Origin: a virus
Taxonomy: Duplodnaviria; Caudoviricetes
DNA: 43,537 bases
IMG/VR virus record: IMGVR_UViG_3300022936_000004
Span: 1 to 43,537 of that record
Reading direction: 5' to 3' (one strand)
Shown: positions 28,262 to 36,744 of the stretch, piece after piece
Position numbering within the stretch: position 1 is the stretch's first letter
Layout: every line of letters begins with the position of its first letter
Position numbers and translations under genes: made by a program
The notes under the pieces: model-generated
What the model was told of the DNA's origin: nothing
What the model saw: only the letters and a program-made list of their open reading frames with translations
Database searches by the model: none

Positions 28262-28749
28262 GATACTGTCCTTTCGGCGTCTGCCTGCGGCACCGCGCTT
28301 TCGTCTGCGATCAAGCCAGCTTCGCCGTCTTGCCCCTTACGGGCTTCAATCGCTGACGCACGGGTATGTCCGAGCCTGTGCGCTGCAGGGTGGTGTCCTG
28401 CGCTCTTAATCTGGTTCCCAATGCGCAAAGTGCGCTCCGGTGCGATGAGATGGGCAAAGGCAACCGCGTCTCTCGCATGACTATCGTTTGGGTAGCTGGT
28501 CGCATAAAGCAACAAGCAGTCCACATGATTAAAGGCCCACCACCGCAGACTTTCAACCTCATCGGTCAGCCGCGCATTGGCCGCTCGCTCGCTATCCAGC
28601 GTTGTTACGGCTTCGTGGTATTCTCTACCCTTCTCGGTGAGAATTGCCATCTGGGCCTCCAGCGAGGCGCACAGCGTACGATAGGCCCGGTTCTGCGCCA
28701 GTAGACCCTCCCTCGTTTCGGGAATCGGCGCTTTTGCTGCGCTGCTCAT
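28258..28749 (-). CDS. Coiled-coil hypothetical protein ending in element E6
   Basis: LDSERAANARLTDEVE; C-terminus ASAIEARKGQDGEAGLIADESAV. Confidence 0.6.
   Translation of the reverse strand: MSSAAKAPIPETREGLLAQNRAYRTLCASLEAQMAILTEKGREYHEAVTTLDSERAANARLTDEVESLRWWAFNHVDCLLLYATSYPNDSHARDAVAFAHLIAPERTLRIGNQIKSAGHHPAAHRLGHTRASAIEARKGQDGEAGLIADESAVPQADAERTVS
28276..28359 (-). repeat. Structured repeat element E6
   Basis: GCGTCAGCGATTGAAGCCCGTAAGGGGCAAGACGGCGAAGCTGGCTTGATCGCAGACGAAAGCGCGGTGCCGCAGGCAGACGCC. Confidence 0.85.
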
Positions 28750-28799
28750 TTCACCTTCTCCGTTATATGTGATAACTCAATGTAATCTGGACATAATTC

Positions 28800-29246
28800 G
28801 GGTTCCGCCTCTAGTGGCCCCTACCTGAGGGCTAGTTCCTCAGTCAGACCGGTGGCAGTGTCACTATCATCTTTGAGCTGTCTTTAACGATGGTGGTTTC
28901 TAATCCTGAGATTAGACCTGCCATCTACTGCGATGGGTTTTAACGTCTCCCCTGACGCTAGTGGCCGACCGTCTGCCGTCGTCGCTTAGTTCGTTTATGC
29001 CAGTTTCGAGGCCGCAGTTTATCCCTAGCGCGATGCCGCATCGGGAGCCGGAACCGATCTGCCCCTATTTCCGGGCAGGCAAAGTTGCCGACAGCTTCCG
29101 TCAGTTTAAACTACCTGATTGACCAGCAGGCTGTGCGAGGGAGGCTCGGCACTGTTGAGCGCGATTATGTCGCTCGGCTGTCTAACCCTCACTTGGACCC
29201 TTGATTACGGCTCAACGTCCACTCCAAAGCCGGTTGGAGGGACGTT
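28800..29246 (+). ncRNA. ~450-nt ORF-free, hairpin-dense element (candidate ncRNA or replication origin)
   Basis: At least eight stems, with G-U/G-T pairs that favour the + strand; possible promoter GTGATA-N17-CATAAT at 28769-28797. Confidence 0.5.
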
Positions 29247-29613
29247 AAGGCTTGCGTCGCTCAAAGCGGGCGCAATAAAAATCGGCCTGCGTGCGAAGGG
29301 CCGCGTAATAAGAACTGCCGTCTTCTACATAGGCCCCGGCCATGCGTAGAGCATCGGCTTGGACTTTTTCGTAGGCCTCAATTCTTGCTGCGCGCTCAGG
29401 CGGAATATCACCGCTCAAAGGCTCATCGACAGGCCGATGGGGATAAATCATCCCCTCAGTAGCCTTTGCTTCGATAATCCAATAAGGCTTGATCGCCTCA
29501 CAACGCCGCGCCACAACGCGCTTCGACAGCCGGTCGGCATCCTCTGAAAGCCAATGGGCGCATTGATCGCAACGCTTGCAACCTTCGCCAACATTTGGTA
29601 GTTCTTGCGACAT
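29245..29613 (-). CDS. Cys-containing hypothetical protein
   Basis: CKRCDQCAHW...T-x-ADFYCARFE; GAGG RBS. Confidence 0.6.
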   Translation of the reverse strand: MSQELPNVGEGCKRCDQCAHWLSEDADRLSKRVVARRCEAIKPYWIIEAKATEGMIYPHRPVDEPLSGDIPPERAARIEAYEKVQADALRMAGAYVEDGSSYYAALRTQADFYCARFERRKP

Positions 29614-29843
29614 CGCTTGGGTGTCCTCTCACATCCGCTCAAGCGCTAGGGACGCCTAATCCCGTAACGCTTGCCCCGCTTTGAGCCTGAAAATGGTTCG
29701 GCGGGGCAACAAGGAACTAAGCATGGATCACAGCAAAACGCAAGCGCGACGTGAACCGCCCGAGGGTTTCTGGAAAACTCCGAAAGGACGCGCTCTGGCA
29801 GAGGAACGCGAGCGAAAGGCCGAACGGGATACGTGGCGGCATT

Positions 29844-30446
29844 TCAGCAACTGGCGTTAAGCGCAGCCTCTGCCTTCTCCAACCTCTCCCGCCATATTCT
29901 GATCTGAGTGAAGTTACGTATCTGAGAGGCTGATGCGATCTGCGCCTTGCAGTAGGCGACGTATTCCGCTGGATCGGTGGGAATCGCAGTTACTGTTTTT
30001 GGCGCAGGAGCGCGTTGCCCGTTTGGCACTTTCGACCGCCTCACCCATCCCCGCCAGACCGCCAGCCATTCAACATGGCGCGTCCCTTTGCCGATAAACC
30101 AATCCTTGAAGCACACAGCTTCGGTCTCGCATACTTCTCTCGACCAGCCCCGTTCGGTCTGTGCCCACAAGAGCCACTCGTCTGGCATGACGAATGCTGC
30201 CGGTAGCCGGGACGCTCTGGCATCCGTTTCCCGGCGTGTCGTGGTGAATGTCACCCCTTCCGTCTCAAATGCCTCCATGATCGCCAGAACGTGCTTTAGA
30301 TCGAGTTGAGCGTACATTGCGAAGGCAGCGGGAACAAACTTGCTCTTAGCCTCTCGCATGGCTGCGTGTTGATGATAGACGTGGCAGGGGCGGACCTTGG
30401 CGATTGACGCTAGGTGCATCCATAGGGGATCGGTGGGAGATGTCAT
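29844..30446 (-). CDS. Replication/primosome protein with DnaT-like C-terminal domain
   Basis: RASRLP...W...FKDWF..KG....W.AVWRGWVRR resembles phage DnaT-like domains. Confidence 0.6.
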   Translation of the reverse strand: MTSPTDPLWMHLASIAKVRPCHVYHQHAAMREAKSKFVPAAFAMYAQLDLKHVLAIMEAFETEGVTFTTTRRETDARASRLPAAFVMPDEWLLWAQTERGWSREVCETEAVCFKDWFIGKGTRHVEWLAVWRGWVRRSKVPNGQRAPAPKTVTAIPTDPAEYVAYCKAQIASASQIRNFTQIRIWRERLEKAEAALNASC

Positions 30447-30793
30447 CCGTGCGCCGCCTGTTGCAGCTTACCGGTAGCCTCATATCTCCGCATATCGACG
30501 GCGATCTGAGATTCGATGATAGCCCGCGCATCCTTCGCCGGGAATAACCCCGCCAGCCTGCGATACTCATCCCGGTACTCAAGTGGGCACCAGTTGATTC
30601 TTGCCCGTGAGGTGGCCGCACAGCGGGCGAGCAGGCGCTTACGGACATCCGGTTCAGCTAGTCGCGCTTTAAGGCGCTCCGTGCGCTGCTCCAGCACTCC
30701 GGGGAGGCTCAATCTGGCAAGTGATGCGTGACGCCTGCACATGCCGGTTTTGGAGCGGACAAGTGGTATAGAGCATTTTGAACAGGTCTTCAT
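30443..30793 (-). CDS. Hypothetical protein with N-terminal Zn-finger-like motif
   Basis: CSKC...MCRRH. Confidence 0.55.
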   Translation of the reverse strand: MKTCSKCSIPLVRSKTGMCRRHASLARLSLPGVLEQRTERLKARLAEPDVRKRLLARCAATSRARINWCPLEYRDEYRRLAGLFPAKDARAIIESQIAVDMRRYEATGKLQQAAHG

Positions 30794-30794
30794 C

Positions 30795-31070
30795 TCATTC
30801 CCCGCTTATCAAGGTCAGCCGCACCTCTCGCGCAAAGTCGATGTTGCGGTCATCCCGCAATCTGGTAGCGTGAAGCACGGTCGTATGATTCAACCCAAGC
30901 CATGATGCGATCTGCGGGTTGGAGAATCCATCGTGCCAGCGCAGGCGGTTCATCACCTCCTTGCGCGCCGTCCAGAGATTACCGCGACACCGCTTAACCA
31001 GCATCCTGCTTACCGGTACACCATGTGCCCGTGCAGCTTCGGCTAGGTAGCGTTCAACTCTAGGCGGCAT
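30795..31070 (-). CDS. DnaA C-terminal-like HTH protein
   Basis: AR...S.PQIA..LGLNHTTVLHA. Confidence 0.75.
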   Translation of the reverse strand: MPPRVERYLAEAARAHGVPVSRMLVKRCRGNLWTARKEVMNRLRWHDGFSNPQIASWLGLNHTTVLHATRLRDDRNIDFAREVRLTLISGE

Positions 31071-31434
31071 GTATCACTCCCCATTCGCCAAGTTGGCGCT
31101 TCACGTCATCTAATGACCTGCACACGGCAAACCCTCCCCCGGCCAGCGTAATGGCATCCTCGACAATCTCCTGAGAGTCAGTCAGCTTGGTCTTTGGCAG
31201 CTTCAATTCGATTGCCAAAAACCGTCCGTCATGGCATAGGATCAAGTCAGGAGCGCCGACAATGAGACCGGTCTTTTTGAGGCGGTTCATCTGCATGCCG
31301 CGCCGCTTCTTGTCGCCCGCCAGCACGCTACCGTTGGGCACCGCGCAGAACCACGAGCACTTGGGCAGCGACAGACGAAGATAGGCCACCACGATAGCCT
31401 GAAAATCGTCCTCCGGCCTCATTCCGGAGGCCAC
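31060..31434 (-). CDS. VRR-NUC (PD-D/ExK) nuclease
   Basis: E...Q, VPNG, GAPDL, IELK, SQ, VCRSLDD. Confidence 0.85.
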   Translation of the reverse strand: MASGMRPEDDFQAIVVAYLRLSLPKCSWFCAVPNGSVLAGDKKRRGMQMNRLKKTGLIVGAPDLILCHDGRFLAIELKLPKTKLTDSQEIVEDAITLAGGGFAVCRSLDDVKRQLGEWGVIHAA

Positions 31435-32018
31435 ATATTACAGCGATAGATTGTCATGGCCGAGAAACCACCCGAGCAATTGCATCCTCAAGATCGATCT
31501 GCCGCGCCTTTTCGGCCTTCCGCATTTCGCGATAGGCTTTGCGCTCTTCGCCCTTCATATTGCGGTACGTGACCCGCTGTTCGATGGGTATGCGATGAAC
31601 GTTGATGCTGGAGGCGCGTGCGCCGGATCGGATGGGGCTATCAAGCATTTCCTGAACAATTGGATCGATCATTTCAATCTCCTCCTTCTTGCCTTTTCGT
31701 TTGCGATAAGCTCTCGAATGATGTTGCCGGGAACGATATTCACAGTGGGCCACGTCTGAAACGGCGTCGGTGTGATGATCGACAATCTCTCATCGGACAT
31801 GGCCTTGAGCGAGTCCGTAATCATCTCGGGAGTGAACGGCTCGACGCTCCTGAGTGGCTTAGGCCCTTTCGCCATTGAACGCCTCCAGACAACGAGCAAG
31901 CTGCCTTGATCGCACCCTTGCCGCAGCTTTCCATGCCAGCTCACTACGGGCTGATCTCTCTTGACGACGCTCTAGGGTGTTTGTCATGTATTGAGAGAGG
32001 CAGAGGAGGTTGTCGGGG

Positions 32019-32468
32019 TCATCCATTGAGTTTCTCCCGAAGCGCCATGGCATCCCACCACGCGTTATGCTGGACAGCGCCTTCAAGCGTCGTTGGGTAG
32101 CAATCAACGTTGTGGACCTCGAACGTCATCTGCGGGTATTCCGCCGATGCCCATCCGCCAGTCGGCGAAGTCGTCATTGCGGCGCAGAATCGGCCAATAT
32201 CGACAGGGCTATCAGCGACAATAACGGGGTGTTCGGAAGGGCCGATAAACTCGCGGATAACCGTACCGACGTGGTTTACATCCACCCTCCAGTTGAGCGT
32301 GGCTTGATGCATGCCCATGATCGGAATAACGTTGGCGATGACCCACGGATCGCGGACCTCGGCATTCGTGCGGATGTGAATGCTGCGCCCATCTTCGCGA
32401 ACAAGAGCGATACTCAGCAGCGGCCCATCGTGACCGTCAAACTCGCAATCGATATAATAGCGGCTCAT
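32019..32468 (-). CDS. DEDDh 3'-5' exonuclease-like protein (Rv2179c-like)
   Basis: YIDCEFDG, SIALV, WVIANVIP, HNAWWDA. Confidence 0.75.
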   Translation of the reverse strand: MSRYYIDCEFDGHDGPLLSIALVREDGRSIHIRTNAEVRDPWVIANVIPIMGMHQATLNWRVDVNHVGTVIREFIGPSEHPVIVADSPVDIGRFCAAMTTSPTGGWASAEYPQMTFEVHNVDCYPTTLEGAVQHNAWWDAMALREKLNG

Positions 32469-32619
32469 TTTCCGCTCCTATGCCAGCGATACACCCGACC
32501 ATTCCAGCCGTTGTACCATTTGTCGGGATCGTGGAATTTACTCACCCTCTTGGGCTGCTTAATCTCCACAGGAACCAGAACACCCTCTTCAAAGGGTATC
32601 CCTCTAAGGGTTATGGGGT

Positions 32620-32916
32620 TCATTGTGGGGTGTTCGAGAGTGCAGCGTCGATCATGATCGCCCACGACATCTCCAACTGCCATTTGTTGAGCGGAGAGCA
32701 GGTTAACGATAGTGCCTTCTCGGACAATCCCAGCATCGCAACCGTAGGCTCACGTAGAGCCTCGATAGCTGCTCGCGCCAGAGCGTTGACAACGGTGTGG
32801 GCCTTGTTCTCGCCAGAGAAATCCAACATGTCGAACAGGCGCGGAAATTCACCCTCATCATCGCGGATCACGGCTTCGCGCATGGCCTTCGCGACTCGCT
32901 CTACAATCTCACTCAT
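32620..32916 (-). CDS. Hypothetical protein
   Basis: MSEIVERVAKAM...ARAAIEALREPT...MIDAAL, a common phage family pattern. Confidence 0.65.
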   Translation of the reverse strand: MSEIVERVAKAMREAVIRDDEGEFPRLFDMLDFSGENKAHTVVNALARAAIEALREPTVAMLGLSEKALSLTCSPLNKWQLEMSWAIMIDAALSNTPQ

Positions 32917-33001
32917 GCTCTATCCTTTCTATCTCAGGCGCGGATACGTGCGAGGGCAGTCCGGACCATGCTGCCACAGTTCGAAAGTCGAGATGGTCGA
33001 T

Positions 33002-33160
33002 TTACTCATCGTCGGCTTCCTCGTTCAGATCGTGAGCAACGCAGCCGGTGCCTCCGCATCGTGGGCAATCTTCGCCGCTATCCATCGGATCGCCATTGCG
33101 ACCGCTTGAGTGAACGCTCCCAACGCCGTTGCAGAACGGGCATTCAATGTCGATAATCAT
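33002..33160 (-). CDS. Small DnaJ-type Zn-finger protein
   Basis: CPFCNGVG...CPRCGGTG; GGAGG RBS. Confidence 0.65.
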   Translation of the reverse strand: MIIDIECPFCNGVGSVHSSGRNGDPMDSGEDCPRCGGTGCVAHDLNEEADDE

Positions 33161-33382
33161 GATGGCCTCCCTTGACGAAGGGCGCGAAGCATCGACGCCC
33201 GTTTCCAACCGTAATAGGAACGAATGGCCTCAAAGCTGCCGCCAAAAGTCGTTTCGAATTGGCGATATAGGCGACGACATTCTTGGTTGTCGCCAGTCCA
33301 AACCGCCCGCGCGTCGATACTGTGCATCATGCCACCCACTCCACGTTACGGTGAAGGTCGCGCACAACCTCTTGATTACCCA

Positions 33383-33607
33383 TTATAAGCGCTCCTGCTC
33401 TAGACGGTCCAATACCGGCGGCTCAGGAAGAAAATCGTTAGGCTTGACCTTCCCGCCCGTATGGCGTTCAATCTTGCGCAGCAGCCTCAGCGATGGGTCA
33501 TACTCCCGAAGCGATGCGCGCGTGATCGTGGACACCGATACACCGCACTTGGCGGCTAGATCGGAAGCGGTCTGACCCGGAAGGGCGAGATAATCTTTGA
33601 GCTGCAT
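33383..33607 (-). CDS. Cro-like HTH regulator (start revised to MQLKDYL)
   Basis: LAAKCGVSVSTITR...PS...IERHTGGKVKPNDF; first gene of the leftward operon. Confidence 0.8.
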   Translation of the reverse strand: MQLKDYLALPGQTASDLAAKCGVSVSTITRASLREYDPSLRLLRKIERHTGGKVKPNDFLPEPPVLDRLEQERL

Positions 33608-33613
33608 GGCTAC

Positions 33614-33703
33614 CTTATTGCACATAGCGCAACGCCTCGCAATCAGCTTATTTTCACACCACGCAAAATAGTGCTTGCACGCCACGCAAACCGAGCGCAT
33701 AAC
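33614..33703. promoter_or_regulatory. Divergent early promoters with three 15-bp operator-like repeats TT(G/T)CAC-N4-CGCAA
   Basis: Repeats at 33618-33632, 33652-33666, 33675-33689; rightward TTGCAC-N17-CATAAC at 33675-33703; leftward TTGCGA at 33642-33637. Confidence 0.7.
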
Positions 33704-33737
33704 CCTGACATCGCCGCAGTGGCGAAGGAGGAAGACG

Positions 33738-34325
33738 ATGGCGAAGCTTAGCAAGAATACCCGCGAGCGCATGGCGAAGGCGCTGGTCCGTCATCGCTAC
33801 CAGGGCCGCGCTGACGAACTGCTGGTGGAAAGCGCCGCCTTGTTCGATGCGGTCTATGAGGCGCGCTACGATGCGCCAACGCGCTCGTTGATGGGCAAGC
33901 TGGAAAAGCTGCACCCGAAAGCATTCTCTACCGCCAACCAGTTCATGATCAACGCTCGCGGGATGCGGGTCGGCATCGGCGCTTACGCAGTCGGTATCTA
34001 CGCTCTCGTGCGCTGGGAGCAGAACCTGCCAAACCGCTCCGTCTTCGACCGATACAATGAAACCGCTCCCGAGGAGCTTGTGGATCGTATCGCAGAGTTC
34101 GGCCTTTCCACGAAAGCCTTCGATGACGCGGTGAAGCAAGCCTATACCCGCGCGCTCGGCACGATCAATCAGTTCGGCACCGCCAAGCGGCTTGCCGAGG
34201 AATGGCCCGAAGCCATGCCCATCATCGGCGAACTGATCCCGACCGAGGACCGCACCCTGCCCGTCGTGCAGCTTGAAGCGATCAACGACGAGTTCGGCCT
34301 GCCGCCATCGGATATCGCAGCGTAA
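33738..34325 (+). CDS. Nmad5-family (nucleotide modification associated domain 5)-like protein
   Basis: KLSKNTRERMA...TAKRLAEEWPEA...LPVVQLEAINDEFGLP; AGGAGG RBS. Confidence 0.7.
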   Translation: MAKLSKNTRERMAKALVRHRYQGRADELLVESAALFDAVYEARYDAPTRSLMGKLEKLHPKAFSTANQFMINARGMRVGIGAYAVGIYALVRWEQNLPNRSVFDRYNETAPEELVDRIAEFGLSTKAFDDAVKQAYTRALGTINQFGTAKRLAEEWPEAMPIIGELIPTEDRTLPVVQLEAINDEFGLPPSDIAA

Positions 34326-34359
34326 GTTAGTCAACCCATAGTGGGTGAGGAGGATTGAG

Positions 34360-34647
34360 ATGGACGAGGAGTTTAAGTTCTCGCCGTTGCGCGTAGACCC
34401 AAACTGCAACTGCGATGTCCAGACCGCAGATGGTATCTACGGAATTGGCTCGACGCACCCCAGCGTTCTTTCTGGAGGCGAGACTCTGCCGGGAACCGCT
34501 CGGGCGTATGCCACGCTATTTGCCGCAGCGCCGGACATGTTCCACGCCTTGCGCGGATTGCTCGACAATCTTTCCGAGGGTGATTTTATCAGCGAAGATC
34601 GCATCGATGCGGCGCGCTCGGCCATCGCGAAGGCTCTCGGACGATGA
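34360..34647 (+). CDS. Hypothetical protein (AAP-x-L...AIAKA family)
   Basis: AAAPDMFHAL...ARSAIAKALG. Confidence 0.6.
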   Translation: MDEEFKFSPLRVDPNCNCDVQTADGIYGIGSTHPSVLSGGETLPGTARAYATLFAAAPDMFHALRGLLDNLSEGDFISEDRIDAARSAIAKALGR

Positions 34648-34829
34648 CCCGCCCCAACCTATGCCCCTGCTCATGGTGCGAAGATGACGTTGAACCCAAC
34701 GATGACGGAACCTGTCCGTTTTGCGACCGGGTTATCGATGACATGGCAGCTCAGGATGCTGAACAAGCTATGATCGAAGAGTTCGTTGGATGGGAGCGCA
34801 ATGTGATTGAAGTGGATATGACGAGATGA
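34644..34829 (+). CDS. Small Cys-rich hypothetical protein
   Basis: CSWC...CPFC; coupled. Confidence 0.5.
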   Translation: MTRPNLCPCSWCEDDVEPNDDGTCPFCDRVIDDMAAQDAEQAMIEEFVGWERNVIEVDMTR

Positions 34830-34960
34830 ACACTGAACATTGGCCGGAGAAGCTTTTGCTGATCGCGCTTATTATGTCGGGATTGTGCGTCATGGGTTGC
34901 TTGGCTTGGGTTGGTTACGCCAGCGGCAATTATGCCTGCGTTTTAGCGATGCAGCCATGA
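34826..34960 (+). CDS. 44-aa single-TM protein MNTEHWPEKLLLIAL... (not in the ORF track)
   Basis: ATGA overlaps at both ends. Confidence 0.5.
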   Translation: MNTEHWPEKLLLIALIMSGLCVMGCLAWVGYASGNYACVLAMQP

Positions 34961-35286
34961 CACTCACTGAATCAATAGAGCAAGCCTCCCTCTGGAAGGT
35001 AGAGGCTTATCCGGTAATCAAGGCTTACCTGCTCGCCGTCGAGGCGCGGGATGTGCTGGCCGGTGCGAGTACGATCACAGGGCAATACCTCGCCCACTCG
35101 TTTCTGAGGCAGGCGTACGCCCACATCGAGGAACTGCGTGAGCAGGCGATAGAGCACAATTCCGGCATCTTCCTCGACACCATGACAGACGAGCAATGGC
35201 GTGAGGCCGAAGCCTTCAGTGAGGAACTCAATCGTTCTGTTCCTACTGTTATAGATGCTATTAGGGAGGTGGAAAGTGAAGGATAA
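34957..35286 (+). CDS. Hypothetical protein (MTLTESIEQ...)
   Basis: Coupled start. Confidence 0.55.
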   Translation: MTLTESIEQASLWKVEAYPVIKAYLLAVEARDVLAGASTITGQYLAHSFLRQAYAHIEELREQAIEHNSGIFLDTMTDEQWREAEAFSEELNRSVPTVIDAIREVESEG

Positions 35287-35740
35287 TCAAGGCGTTACCC
35301 CTGAGGGGGTCGGGCTTTCGCCTGCTACGCAGGTCGAGCCAGTGCCTGTCTCGCCGGTTCCCGCTTCAATCCCTAACGCGGCCTCGCCCAGCCCGTGGAA
35401 GGCGTGTAGAAATGGCGACTGTTCGTGTGGCCAGATTTGGTCCGTTCCGGCAGACCATCCCGTTGCGACGGTCGATGGTCCAGAATGGGGTGACACGCTA
35501 TGGGTGCCGCTCCAGAACGAGGACGGCTCTCTGGATGTCCGGCGAGAATTTCACGCATACGGTTCGTTCCCTGCCGAAACGCGCAAGGCCAACATTCTAC
35601 TGATGACCGCCGCGCCTGAACTGTTACAGGCCACCTTGGCGCTCTATGCGCTGATCGCGACCGATGCGCGCTATGAAGGCAGCGAGTGCGCGGACCTTGC
35701 ACGAGAGGCCATCGCCAAGGCAACGGGAGTAACCCCATGA
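35276..35740 (+). CDS. Hypothetical protein beginning with antisense element E7
   Basis: GGAGG RBS, GTG start; SPSPW...ANILLMTAAPELL...AIAKATG. Confidence 0.6.
   Translation: MKDNQGVTPEGVGLSPATQVEPVPVSPVPASIPNAASPSPWKACRNGDCSCGQIWSVPADHPVATVDGPEWGDTLWVPLQNEDGSLDVRREFHAYGSFPAETRKANILLMTAAPELLQATLALYALIATDARYEGSECADLAREAIAKATGVTP
35291..35379 (-). repeat. Structured repeat element E7
   Basis: GCGTTAGGGATTGAAGCGGGAACCGGCGAGACAGGCACTGGCTCGACCTGCGTAGCAGGCGAAAGCCCGACCCCCTCAGGGGTAACGCC. Confidence 0.85.
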
Positions 35741-35931
35741 TCGACCATCGCCCCAGCTCATATAACCGCTCATTCTACGAGAGGCCCATCCAAGGTAATG
35801 GGAGGGATGCTTTCGACTATGGGCGGGTATCGTTCAAACGACCTCGCGATCCATGGACCAAGCCCGTGCTTATCGGGGCTGTGGTCGTGGTCCTGTATTT
35901 TGTGGCGCAGATTTTGCGCTCGGCTTTCTGA
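35737..35931 (+). CDS. Small C-terminal-TM protein
   Basis: Coupled; hydrophobic C-terminus. Confidence 0.55.
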   Translation: MIDHRPSSYNRSFYERPIQGNGRDAFDYGRVSFKRPRDPWTKPVLIGAVVVVLYFVAQILRSAF

Positions 35932-35942
35932 GGAGAATTACG

Positions 35943-36278
35943 ATGGGCATCAGCACCCACGTCTACACCGTTTATGGTGTGAAGCACCCGTACAGCTCGG
36001 AGTTTTCCGAAGCGCAGGAGATTGACGACCTCTATAAGCTAACGTCCGAAGTTGCCATCTCAGACGGCATGGGCGGGGAGTATCTCATCATTGGGAAAAT
36101 CCTTTTCGACAGCGGAGACGCGCGCTGGGAGTCGCTGTCCGGCTTTGTCGAAATCGATCCGGCCAATCTCGGGCTCGCCAAGGAGGAGGCGTCGGCCAAG
36201 TTCATTGAAATCATGCCCGAGTTTGCGCACCTGCTTAACGCGCCGTGGCGGCTTATGACGTTCGCGCATTACAGCTAA
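35943..36278 (+). CDS. Hypothetical protein (MGISTHVYTVYG...)
   Basis: GAGGAG RBS; DGMGGEY motif. Confidence 0.65.
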   Translation: MGISTHVYTVYGVKHPYSSEFSEAQEIDDLYKLTSEVAISDGMGGEYLIIGKILFDSGDARWESLSGFVEIDPANLGLAKEEASAKFIEIMPEFAHLLNAPWRLMTFAHYS

Positions 36279-36339
36279 CCCCATCAAAGCAGAGTAGCTT
36301 CCTCCCATTGACTTACTCTGCTTTGCCCGGAGGGTGGTT

Positions 36340-36421
36340 GGCGATGCCTTTCAGGCCCGCGCTATCATCGCTTCGCGACCGAGCCTAAAGTCTCGGCCCT
36401 CCGGGTTTCTATCGCTATCGC
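36340..36421 (-). repeat. Structured repeat element E8
   Basis: GCGATAGCGATAGAAACCCGGAGGGCCGAGACTTTAGGCTCGGTCGCGAAGCGATGATAGCGCGGGCCTGAAAGGCATCGCC. Confidence 0.8.
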
Positions 36422-36435
36422 AAGGAGAAATTATT

Positions 36436-36741
36436 ATGGGTAATCACGCTATTGGCCGCGCATTTGTGGCAGCGGCCACCATCGCCGCCGAGCGCCGCCG
36501 CGAAGGTGAGACCGCGATTCAGATATTAGACGAGGCCGCTGATCGCACCGAAGTGCGCGGGATGGACGCTGAGTTCGACGACGCCTTCTTGCCCGGTGAG
36601 CCCATGTTTGCGCTTGTCGTAGAGGCGTTCGGAGACGGTGCTGACTTTAGCGAACCAGACGAAGGCGAGTGCGACGAGTTCTGGGATCGCTTCTACGGCG
36701 GCCCCTACGCTAAATTCCGCGAACGCTACGACCTCGGCTAA
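36436..36741 (+). CDS. Acidic hypothetical protein; cargo of the E8/E9 cassette
   Basis: AAGGAG RBS at 36422; MGNHAIGRAF...DAEFDD. Confidence 0.7.
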   Translation: MGNHAIGRAFVAAATIAAERRREGETAIQILDEAADRTEVRGMDAEFDDAFLPGEPMFALVVEAFGDGADFSEPDEGECDEFWDRFYGGPYAKFRERYDLG

Positions 36742-36744
36742 CCC

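Noticed and set aside
29119-29349. 76-aa + strand ORF within the structured region
   Set aside because: TTG start, no RBS, and it overlaps the 29245-29613 gene on the opposite strand
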